From the NCBI GenBank assembly GCA_036496405.1, contig DASXLF010000564.1, forward strand, positions 1-56,072: a stretch of DNA of 56,072 bases, read 5' to 3'. This stretch comes from Steroidobacteraceae bacterium (GTDB lineage Bacteria > Pseudomonadota > Gammaproteobacteria > Steroidobacterales > Steroidobacteraceae). Positions 32,665-40,635 of the stretch are shown here, in pieces. The position numbers and the translations under genes are program-made. Every line of letters begins with the position of its first letter. Position 1 is the stretch's first letter. The notes below the pieces were generated by a model, which worked only from the letters and a program-made list of their open reading frames with translations, did no database searches and was not told the origin of the DNA.

Positions 32665-33321
32665 ATGAGCTTGTTCAGTCATATTGTGGTTTTTTTCCAG
32701 GGCGGCGGCGACATGATGTATCCGATCGCCGTAGTGTTCGTCGCCGGTCTGGCGATCGCGCTCGAGCGATTCATTTATCTCACCACCGTGCAGTTGCGTA
32801 ATCGCGGGCTGTGGAATCAGCTGGTGCCGCTGCTGCAGCGGGGCGATTTTCGCCAGGCGGTCCAATTGACCTCCAAATCCCCGTCGGCGGTGGGACAGAT
32901 CCTGAGCTACGGGTTGGCCCGCATCTCCACGGCGCGTCACCGCGACGATATCGAGAAGGCCATGGAAGAGAGCCTCATGGATGTGGTGCCGCGACTGGAG
33001 AAGCGCACGCACTACATCGCCACGTTCGCCAACTTGTCGACCCTGCTGGGCCTGCTGGGCACGGTCATCGGCCTGATCAACGCGTTCGCGGCGGTGGCCA
33101 CGGTCAACCCGGCGGAGAAGGCCAACCTGCTGTCGGCCAGCATCTCGGTGGCCATGAACTGCACCGCCTTCGGACTCATGAGCGCGGTGCCGTTGCTGCT
33201 TATTCACGCATGGCTGCAGACCAAGACCACGGACACCATCGACAGCCTGGAGATGGCGTCGGTCAAGTTCCTCAATGCCGTGACCGAACGCCAGGCGCAG
33301 CCGGCGCCGGCCGCAGCCTGA
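32665..33321 (+). CDS. MotA/TolQ/ExbB-family proton channel
   Basis: Three transmembrane helices and the signature FANLSTLLGLLGTVIGLINAF. I chose the ATG at 32665, which has a GGGAG SD 8 nt upstream; the track start is 32650. Confidence 0.9.
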   Translation: MSLFSHIVVFFQGGGDMMYPIAVVFVAGLAIALERFIYLTTVQLRNRGLWNQLVPLLQRGDFRQAVQLTSKSPSAVGQILSYGLARISTARHRDDIEKAMEESLMDVVPRLEKRTHYIATFANLSTLLGLLGTVIGLINAFAAVATVNPAEKANLLSASISVAMNCTAFGLMSAVPLLLIHAWLQTKTTDTIDSLEMASVKFLNAVTERQAQPAPAAA

Positions 33322-33347
33322 CACGGCTTTAGGCCCAGGTAGCGCGC

Positions 33348-33863
33348 ATGCGCCGTTCGTACCAGGTTCGCAAGCTCCTGCGCCACCAGCGCAAGCCCGT
33401 GGAGCTGATGCTCGTGCCGATGATCGACATCTTCACCGTGCTGGTGACCTTTCTGCTCATGACGGCGGTGTTCTCCCGCACCGTCATCCTCGAGCTCAAA
33501 CTGCCGCCGGCGAATGCCGAGTTCACGCCACCACCACCCGGGCTGCAGCTCGAGGTCATGGTGCGCAAGGACTCGCTCATGGTCGATGACCGCAATTCCG
33601 GTCCGCTGGCGACCTTTCCCAACCAGAACGGCGCCTACGATTACGAGGCGCTGTCCAAATATCTGCAGCAGGTGAAGAGCCGCTTCCCGGACAAGACCGA
33701 TGCCACGGTACTGCTCGAACCGGACACGCCTTACGACGTGGTGGTGCAGGTCATGGATCGCGTACGTGTGCTGGAGGTCAATGCCGGGCTGAATGTCGTG
33801 CAATACGAACTGTTCCCGGACGTTTCCCTGGGCGATGCGCCCGCGGTCGGAGCACAACCATGA
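33348..33863 (+). CDS. ExbD/TolR-family protein, paralog 1
   Basis: A single N-terminal transmembrane helix carries the conserved Asp (LVPMIDIFTVLVTFLL). A periplasmic ExbD-type domain follows (ATVLLEPDTPYDVVVQVMD). Confidence 0.9.
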   Translation: MRRSYQVRKLLRHQRKPVELMLVPMIDIFTVLVTFLLMTAVFSRTVILELKLPPANAEFTPPPPGLQLEVMVRKDSLMVDDRNSGPLATFPNQNGAYDYEALSKYLQQVKSRFPDKTDATVLLEPDTPYDVVVQVMDRVRVLEVNAGLNVVQYELFPDVSLGDAPAVGAQP

Positions 33864-34384
33864 GCATGTCACGACGCGCCCGCTTCATGCTGCAGCATCA
33901 GCTGCGCCATCGCGCCGATGGGCAGCTGAACCTGATTCCGTTCATCGATATCCTGACTGTGATGGTGTCGTTCCTGCTGGTGTACTCGACCAACGTCGAG
34001 GTGGTTCAGAACAGCAAGGGCATCGAGATACCGCAGTCGATTTCCGAGCGTCAGCCGCGCACCACCGTGGTGGTGATGCTGACCAAGGAGGACCTGTTCG
34101 TGCAGGGCGAGCGCATCGCCTCGGTGGCCGATGTCAAGGCCACTGACGGCGACATCATCGGCCCGCTGCGCGATGCGCTCAAGCGTCCGACGCTGGTGGG
34201 TCAGCAGACCAGTGAAGAGGATCTGGCGCAGCGCGAGATCACGGTAATGGGCGACAAGTCGCTGCCCTACGAGGTGTTGAAGAAGGTGATGCGCACCTGT
34301 ACCGATGCGGACTACGGCCGCATTTCGCTGGCTTTATTGCAGAAAGACAAGCCAGTACCTGCCGGCGCAGTCGGGCGGACATAA
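33860..34384 (+). CDS. ExbD/TolR-family protein, paralog 2
   Basis: The start overlaps paralog 1 in ATGA. The transmembrane helix carries the conserved Asp (LIPFIDILTVMVSFLL). An ExbD-type periplasmic domain follows (ITVMGDKSLPYEVLKKVMRTC). Confidence 0.9.
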   Translation: MSMSRRARFMLQHQLRHRADGQLNLIPFIDILTVMVSFLLVYSTNVEVVQNSKGIEIPQSISERQPRTTVVVMLTKEDLFVQGERIASVADVKATDGDIIGPLRDALKRPTLVGQQTSEEDLAQREITVMGDKSLPYEVLKKVMRTCTDADYGRISLALLQKDKPVPAGAVGRT

Positions 34385-34400
34385 GGCGGAGATCAAGAGG

Positions 34401-35312
34401 ATGCAGCTGTCCCAGTACTACCGCGAATACACGCTGGCGTGGGAGGTCGATCCGGAGGAACAGCGCCGGTTCCGCCGCTTCATGGGCGGCGGCATGGCGT
34501 TGGTGCTGTTGCTCGGCGTGGTCTTTCCGCTCATTCACCTGCCGCCGCAGACCCAGACGGCAGCGGAAGCCGTTCCCGATCGGCTGGCGCGACTTATGGT
34601 CCAGGAGAAACCCAAGCCGCCACCGCCGCCAGTCGAGCAGCCCAAGCCCAAGCCCGAGGTGAAGCCGGTCGAGGTCCCCAAGCCGGTCGATCGCGCCGCC
34701 GATGCCCGCAAGAAGGCGCAGCAATCGGGACTGCTGAAATTGAAGGACGAACTGGCCGACCTGCGCCAGAACGTCGATCTGACCCCGCTCGGGCAGACCA
34801 AGAATCTGCAGGGCGCCGTGGGACAGGACAGCCACGCTGAGCGCTCGCTGATTGCATCGAAGGTCGGGGCTGGATCGGCCGGCATCACCACCGCCAACTC
34901 CAGCCGCGGCTTTGGTACCGGCGCCGGGTCGCTCACGGGACACGACACGATGGCGGTCAGCTCGCGCATCGCGGCCGCTTCCGGCGTCAGTAACGTCGCC
35001 AAGGGCGGCAGCGGCAAGCCCTCGCGCAGCGAGGAGGAAATTGCGCTGGTGTTTGACAGCAACAAGGGCGCCATCTATGCGCTCTATGGTCGCGCGTTGC
35101 GTGATCAGCCCGACCTTCAGGGTAAGCTGGTACTGGAATTCACCATTTCCCCGGCCGGTGAGGTGACCGAGTGCCACGTGGTGTCCAGCGAGCTGAAGAA
35201 TCCAGAATTGGAGCGTAAGATCGTGGCGAGAGTGAAGTTGTTCCGCTTTGCGGCCAAGGATGTCGCGACCATCACGACCACCAAGCCAATCGAGTTTGTA
35301 CCGACGGCATGA
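34401..35312 (+). CDS. TonB-like energy transducer with PglI/AgmX-type C-terminal domain
   Basis: ATG at 34401 with a GGAG about 9 nt upstream. It has one transmembrane helix and a Pro/Lys/Glu-rich spacer KPKPPPPPVEQPKPKPEVKPVEVPKP. A Gly/Ser-rich linker leads to the C-terminal AIYALYGRALRDQPDLQGKLVLEFTISPAGEVTEC...VKLFRF. Confidence 0.8.
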   Translation: MQLSQYYREYTLAWEVDPEEQRRFRRFMGGGMALVLLLGVVFPLIHLPPQTQTAAEAVPDRLARLMVQEKPKPPPPPVEQPKPKPEVKPVEVPKPVDRAADARKKAQQSGLLKLKDELADLRQNVDLTPLGQTKNLQGAVGQDSHAERSLIASKVGAGSAGITTANSSRGFGTGAGSLTGHDTMAVSSRIAAASGVSNVAKGGSGKPSRSEEEIALVFDSNKGAIYALYGRALRDQPDLQGKLVLEFTISPAGEVTECHVVSSELKNPELERKIVARVKLFRFAAKDVATITTTKPIEFVPTA

Positions 35313-35327
35313 GCCAGCCAGCCAGCT

Positions 35328-35687
35328 TTGAACCTGCAGTCAGAAATCGATTACTTCAGTGAGCTGCAACCCGTGGATCAGGCCCGGTTGCTGGCGGTAT
35401 TTCTGCATGAGTTGACGATCGAGGCGCGCAGCACCTACGGGGCCAGTGCCGAACAAGTGCATGACGGCGCGCGGCTGCGCTTCGTCAATGAGATCGTCTG
35501 CCGTCTGGCGCGCTTCATCGAGCAACTGCTGGCCGACGACCAGACGCGTCCCGGCGACGATGTGGTGCTGCGCATGCTGCTGTCGCCACGCGCCGATTCG
35601 GCCGCCGAACGCCTGGTCAACAATGCCTATCGGCGCGCCATGCATGGCTTCGATCGCTACGATGCCACGGTGACCATGGACAAGTGA
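35328..35687 (+). CDS. Hypothetical cytoplasmic protein (119 aa)
   Basis: ORF with a TTG start 15 nt after the TonB-like gene. Codon bias is consistent with coding. I recognise no motif. Confidence 0.45.
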   Translation: MNLQSEIDYFSELQPVDQARLLAVFLHELTIEARSTYGASAEQVHDGARLRFVNEIVCRLARFIEQLLADDQTRPGDDVVLRMLLSPRADSAAERLVNNAYRRAMHGFDRYDATVTMDK

Positions 35688-35712
35688 CGGCGTGCCGCCG
35701 TAACGTCGCCGC

Positions 35713-37686
35713 GTGCCCGTGCTAGCTCTCGGCCAGATTCTGCTATTGCTGACCGCCTCGGTGCTGGTGGTTACGGCGGGCAGACGTATCGGCTTGCCGC
35801 CGCTGCTCGGCTATCTCATCGTCGGGGTACTGCTCGGGCCATTCGCCTTCGACGTGGTACCCAATGGCCCGCAGACTCACGCTATCGCCGAGATCGGCGT
35901 GGTGTTCCTGCTCTTCACCCTGGGCCTGGAATTCTCCTTTCCGCGCATGGTGGCCATGCGCCGCGAAGTCTTTGGACTGGGCAGCGTTCAGACGCTGGTG
36001 GTGGGCGGGGCGGGCGCCGCTGCGGCGCATGCGCTCGGCGTCAGCTGGCCCAGCGCCGCGGTACTCGGCGGGGCGCTCGCCATGTGCTCCACCGCCATCG
36101 TCCTCAAACAGCTCGGTGACCAGGATGAATTGAACCGCACGCACGGACGCCTATCGTTTGCGGTGCTGTTGTTCCAGGACCTGGCCTTCGTGCCGCTGCT
36201 GGCCTTGGCCAGCGTGCTGGCCGCAGGGCAGGCCGGGTTCACCGCCGCCGCGGTCTGGCGCCTGGTGGCCCTGGGTTTGTTGGCGCTGGTGACCGTGCTC
36301 GCCTTGGGCCGCTGGGTGTTGCGCCCGCTGCTGTACGAAATCGCGCACAGCCGGCTGCGCGAGACATTCACGCTGGCCGCGTTGCTGGTGGTGCTGGGAT
36401 CGGCCTGGATCACGCAGCGGCTGGGCATGTCAATGGCACTGGGTGCATTCCTGGCCGGCATGATGATCGCGGAAACCGAATACCGGCATCAGATCGAGGC
36501 CGTGATAAGGCCGTTTCGCGAGTTGCTGCTGGGCCTGTTCTTCATCTCGGTGGGCATGCTGCTCGATCTGCGGGTGCTGTACGCCCACTTCCTGAGCATT
36601 CTGGGCCTGCTGGCACTCACCGTGGCTGCCAAGGCGTTGCTGTCGGCATTCGTGACTCGTGCTTTCGTACCCAGCAATTTCAAGGCGCTGCGCACGGGCC
36701 TGGTGCTCGCCGGCGGCGGTGAATTCGGCGTTGCACTGTTGACGCTGCTGGCGCAGGGACGCGATCTGGTTCCAGCCCGCGCCGCGCAGCTGGTATTGGC
36801 CACCGTGGTGCTGGGCATGATCGTCAGCCCGCTGATCATCCGCTACAACCGGCGCATTGCACGCGTGCTGCTGCGCGAGCGGGCACCGCCGCCCAAGGCG
36901 ATGTTGCCGTCCGATGTCGCCCAGACCGAGCTGGCGCGCCGCGAGCACGTCATTCTGTGCGGCTTCGGCCGCGTCGGCCGGCATCTGGCGCGAGTATTGG
37001 TTTCGCAGGGCTTCGAGTTTCTGGCCGTGGACCTCGATCCGGCCAACGTGCGCGCCGCGCGCGAATCCGGCGAGCCGGTGGTCTGGGGCGACAGCAGCGA
37101 TGAAGAGCTGCTGCGAAGTCTGGGCGTGGATATCGCATCGGTGATCATCATTACTTTCGCCGATCCGGCGATCGCCATCGGTGTGGTGCGCGCGGTGCGG
37201 CGATTGCGCGCCGACGTGCCGGTACTGGTGCGTACGCAGGATGACACCCGGCTGGCGGATCTGTCCCAGGCTGGTGCCACCGAAGTAGTGCCAGAGACCT
37301 TCGAAGCCAGCCTGACCCTGGTTTCGCAGGCGCTCACCTTGCTGCAGCTGCCGGCTACCCAGGTCGCGCGCATCGTCGACAATATTCGTACCCAGCGCTA
37401 CGTGACCCTGCGTACGCGACCGGCCATGGCTCGACTCGAGGCGGACAGCGAGCCGACGGAACTGCTGCACTCGGTGGTGCTGCCGCCCCAGGCGTGGGCC
37501 GTGGGCCGGCGGCTCGAGGAGGTCCGCAGCCATGGTGCCGAAGTGGCGTTCACGGCGATCCGGCGCCAGGGCATCACGGGGCGTGAGCCGGCCGGCGAAA
37601 CCGAATTGCGCGAGGGCGACGTGGTGGTCATTTATGGCGTGCCCGCGGCGCTTGAGCACGCGGAGGCGGTGCTGCTGACCGGCTAG
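35713..37686 (+). CDS. CPA2-family K+/H+ antiporter (KefB/KefC/YbaL-like) with RCK N and C domains
   Basis: About 12 transmembrane helices. A Rossmann-type RCK-N domain follows (VILCGFGRVGRHLARVL), then a TrkA-C-like end (ELREGDVVVIYG). Confidence 0.9.
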   Translation: MPVLALGQILLLLTASVLVVTAGRRIGLPPLLGYLIVGVLLGPFAFDVVPNGPQTHAIAEIGVVFLLFTLGLEFSFPRMVAMRREVFGLGSVQTLVVGGAGAAAAHALGVSWPSAAVLGGALAMCSTAIVLKQLGDQDELNRTHGRLSFAVLLFQDLAFVPLLALASVLAAGQAGFTAAAVWRLVALGLLALVTVLALGRWVLRPLLYEIAHSRLRETFTLAALLVVLGSAWITQRLGMSMALGAFLAGMMIAETEYRHQIEAVIRPFRELLLGLFFISVGMLLDLRVLYAHFLSILGLLALTVAAKALLSAFVTRAFVPSNFKALRTGLVLAGGGEFGVALLTLLAQGRDLVPARAAQLVLATVVLGMIVSPLIIRYNRRIARVLLRERAPPPKAMLPSDVAQTELARREHVILCGFGRVGRHLARVLVSQGFEFLAVDLDPANVRAARESGEPVVWGDSSDEELLRSLGVDIASVIIITFADPAIAIGVVRAVRRLRADVPVLVRTQDDTRLADLSQAGATEVVPETFEASLTLVSQALTLLQLPATQVARIVDNIRTQRYVTLRTRPAMARLEADSEPTELLHSVVLPPQAWAVGRRLEEVRSHGAEVAFTAIRRQGITGREPAGETELREGDVVVIYGVPAALEHAEAVLLTG

Positions 37687-37712
37687 GAGTTGCGCTTACG
37701 GTTGCGGTTAGA

Positions 37713-40454
37713 ATGCCGCGCCCCATGAATCGCGAAGACATCACATTCCCGGCGCGCCATACCCCGCTGCGAGAGGATATCCACGCGCTCGGCCAGCTCA
37801 TGGGCGAGGTGCTGCTCGAGCAGGGCGGCGAGGAGCTGCTGTCGCTGGTCGAGGAGGATCGCCGTACCGCGATCCGCTGGCGCGAAGGGGTCGCCGGCGC
37901 GGCCGAGGCGCTGGCGGCGCGGGTGCGCGGCCGCCCGCCACGCCTGGCGCGTGAGCTGGTGCGGGCATTCTCAGCCTATTTCCAGCTGGTCAACGTCGCC
38001 GAGAAGGTGCATCGCATTCGCCGGCGGCGCGAATACTTTCAGCAGGACGGCGATCGCCCGCAGCCGGGCGGCGTCGAGGACGCCCTGTCGGAGCTGAAAT
38101 CCGCGGGACTGGGACTCACGGAAGTGCTGGCGCTGCTGTCGCAACTGTCGATCGAACCGGTACTGCTGGCGCACCCGATCGAGTCGACACGGCGCACGAC
38201 GCTGCGCCGGCAGCAGCGCATGGCCGGATTGCTGCTGGAGCGTAGCAATGCGACGCTGGCGCCGCACGAGTGCGCCACCTTGCTCGAGCGCATCCGCGCC
38301 GAGATCAGCGCCGACTGGCAGACCGAGGAGCATCCACGCGAGCGCCTGACCGTGGCCGATGAGCGCGAGCACGCGATTTTCTACCTGGCCGAGATTCTGT
38401 ATCGCATCATCCCCGCCTTCTATCAGGAGCTCGCCGCGGCGCTCGGCAAGCTCTACGGCGCCTCGCCCGAGAGCCTGGATCTGCCGGTGCTGGTGCGCTT
38501 CGGCACCTGGGTTGGTGGCGACATGGAATCTTCCAATGACGTGCACGCCAAGAGTATCCGCGAGACGCTGGCGCGCGCGCAGCAGATCATCATCAGCAAC
38601 TACTACAATGACTGCCAGCAGCTCGGGCAGCTGCTGTCGCAAAGCGAACGGCGGGTGGGTGTCGCCACTGCGGTCGTACAGCGTATCGAGGAATATCGGA
38701 CCCTGATGCCGGGAGCCCCGGGCATCGCCCCCGCACGCCACGACCGCATGCCGTACCGGGTGTTGCTCGGCCAGATCGCCGAGCGTCTGCACGCCACGCT
38801 CGAAGGCCGCTCCAGCGGCTATGCGCTGCCGGCGCAATTCCGCGCCGATATTGATCTGATCGCGCAGAGCCTGCTCGCCAATCGCGGTGCGCACGCCGGT
38901 TACTTTCCGGTGCGGCGCTTGCTCTCGCGCATCGATACCTTCGGCTTTCACCTGGCGACACTGGATGTGCGCGCACATGCTTCGGTCCATCAGTCAGTGC
39001 TGGCGCAGGGGCTGGATGATCCGCAATGGTGCCAGCGCAGCGCGCTGGAACGGCACGCGCGGCTAGTGGAAGTCCTCGAGCGCGATATCGGCCCGTCCGG
39101 CGCCTTCGACGCCCTGGGCAAGCGCACGCTGGCGGTGTTCGACGCCATCGTGCAGAGCCGGCATCGTTATGGCGCTGACGCCATCGGTCTCTACATCGTC
39201 GGCGGTGCGGTGTCAGCGGATGATGTGCTGGCACCGCTGGTGCTCGCGCGCTGGGCGGAGGCGTACAACAAGAGCAATGGTGAGGTGGCGCTCGATGTGG
39301 CGCCGGAGTTCGATGCCGTCGATGCTCTCGAACGCTGCGGCGCGGTGATGCACGAGTTGCTGGAGGATGGGGTGTACAAGCGTCACCTCGAGGCACGCGG
39401 GCGGCTGCAAACCGTATTAATCGGCTTCTCCCACAGCAGCCAGGAAAGTGGCATGGTCGCTTCGCGCTTCGCTTCCTACCGTGCGCAGCGGCATTTGACC
39501 GAGGCGCTGCGCCAGGCACAGAAGGAGCATGTGCTGTTTTACAGCCGCGGCGGCAGCGTTCCGCGCGGTGGCGGGCGTATTGACGCCATGCTCAGGGCGG
39601 CGCCGGCCGAGTCGGTCAGCGGTGTGCTGCACTTCACCGAGCAGGGCGATGGCATCAGCCAGAACTATGGCTTGCGGCCCAACGCCATGCGCACGCTCGA
39701 GCGCGCGCTCAGCACGCTGGCGCGCGCGACACTGGCCGTCAAGCGCGGTGTGGCGGTGCGCGAAGGCGCGGCGCTGGCCGAATGCGTCGGCCTGGTGGCT
39801 GGCCACAGCGCCCAGGCCTGGCGCAGCCTGATCTATGAGACGCCGCAGTTCGGCGATTTCTTCCGTGCGGTCACGCCCATCGACGTCATCGAGCGCATGC
39901 AGATCGGCTCGAATCAAACGCAGCGCATCGATCGACAGGGCATCGATGCGGTGCGGCCCGCCGGCTGGGTATTCGCCTGGGCACAGTCGCGCCACATGCT
40001 GCCCGGCTGGTACGGGGCTGGTTCAGGTCTGGAATTTGCCAAAGCCGAGCGTGGCCTGCCATTACTGCGACGCTGTTACCTGGGTTGGCCGTTTTTCCGC
40101 ACGTTGATCGACGACATCGAAGCCATGCTCGCGCGCGCCGACCCGGCCGTGGCCGCGCACTACGAGCGGCTGGCTGCCGCGGATCTGCGACTCTTCGGCG
40201 CTACGGTGCGTGCCGAGTACGATCGTACCTGCGCGCTGGTGCTCGAGATCAAGCAGAGCTCAGCGCTGCTGGATACCGACCCGACCCTGCAGCGGAGCAT
40301 CGCGCTGCGCAATCCCTATGTCGATCCGATGAACTTCATGCAGGTGGATCTGCTCGAGCGCTGGCGGGCCGGCGGACGGCAGAATCGTGATCTGTTCGAA
40401 GCACTCCAGGCCAGTGTCAGCGGCATCGCGCGCGGATTGCAGACCACCGGGTAG
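37713..40454 (+). CDS. ppc: Phosphoenolpyruvate carboxylase
   Basis: 913 aa. VLLAHPIESTRRT corresponds to the TAHPTE-type motif. FHGRGGSVGRGG-like SRGGSVPRGGG is present. The C-terminus GIARGLQTTG matches the PEPC signature ending in TG. Confidence 0.95.
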   Translation: MPRPMNREDITFPARHTPLREDIHALGQLMGEVLLEQGGEELLSLVEEDRRTAIRWREGVAGAAEALAARVRGRPPRLARELVRAFSAYFQLVNVAEKVHRIRRRREYFQQDGDRPQPGGVEDALSELKSAGLGLTEVLALLSQLSIEPVLLAHPIESTRRTTLRRQQRMAGLLLERSNATLAPHECATLLERIRAEISADWQTEEHPRERLTVADEREHAIFYLAEILYRIIPAFYQELAAALGKLYGASPESLDLPVLVRFGTWVGGDMESSNDVHAKSIRETLARAQQIIISNYYNDCQQLGQLLSQSERRVGVATAVVQRIEEYRTLMPGAPGIAPARHDRMPYRVLLGQIAERLHATLEGRSSGYALPAQFRADIDLIAQSLLANRGAHAGYFPVRRLLSRIDTFGFHLATLDVRAHASVHQSVLAQGLDDPQWCQRSALERHARLVEVLERDIGPSGAFDALGKRTLAVFDAIVQSRHRYGADAIGLYIVGGAVSADDVLAPLVLARWAEAYNKSNGEVALDVAPEFDAVDALERCGAVMHELLEDGVYKRHLEARGRLQTVLIGFSHSSQESGMVASRFASYRAQRHLTEALRQAQKEHVLFYSRGGSVPRGGGRIDAMLRAAPAESVSGVLHFTEQGDGISQNYGLRPNAMRTLERALSTLARATLAVKRGVAVREGAALAECVGLVAGHSAQAWRSLIYETPQFGDFFRAVTPIDVIERMQIGSNQTQRIDRQGIDAVRPAGWVFAWAQSRHMLPGWYGAGSGLEFAKAERGLPLLRRCYLGWPFFRTLIDDIEAMLARADPAVAAHYERLAAADLRLFGATVRAEYDRTCALVLEIKQSSALLDTDPTLQRSIALRNPYVDPMNFMQVDLLERWRAGGRQNRDLFEALQASVSGIARGLQTTG

Positions 40455-40476
40455 GGTCCCATCGGCGGCGCCATGA

Positions 40477-40499
40477 AATATGCATTTGGCAATATGCAT
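40477..40499. promoter_or_regulatory. Two copies of AATATGCAT (palindromic ATGCAT cores 14 bp apart) in an AT-rich island upstream of the sulfite reductase gene
   Basis: Read directly: AATATGCAT at 40477-40485 and 40491-40499. The locally low GC stands out in a high-GC intergenic region of 181 bp. Confidence 0.3.
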
Positions 40500-40635
40500 A
40501 TGCGCAAGAAATCTAACCTGGGATGTTGAGCTGCCTGGGGGCCCGGCCTATCATCGATTGCCGCGGCCATAGGAAGGCTCACGAACGCCTGGCACGTGGC
40601 ACTCCCCCCATTCCAAGCAACTGGTATCATTTACA

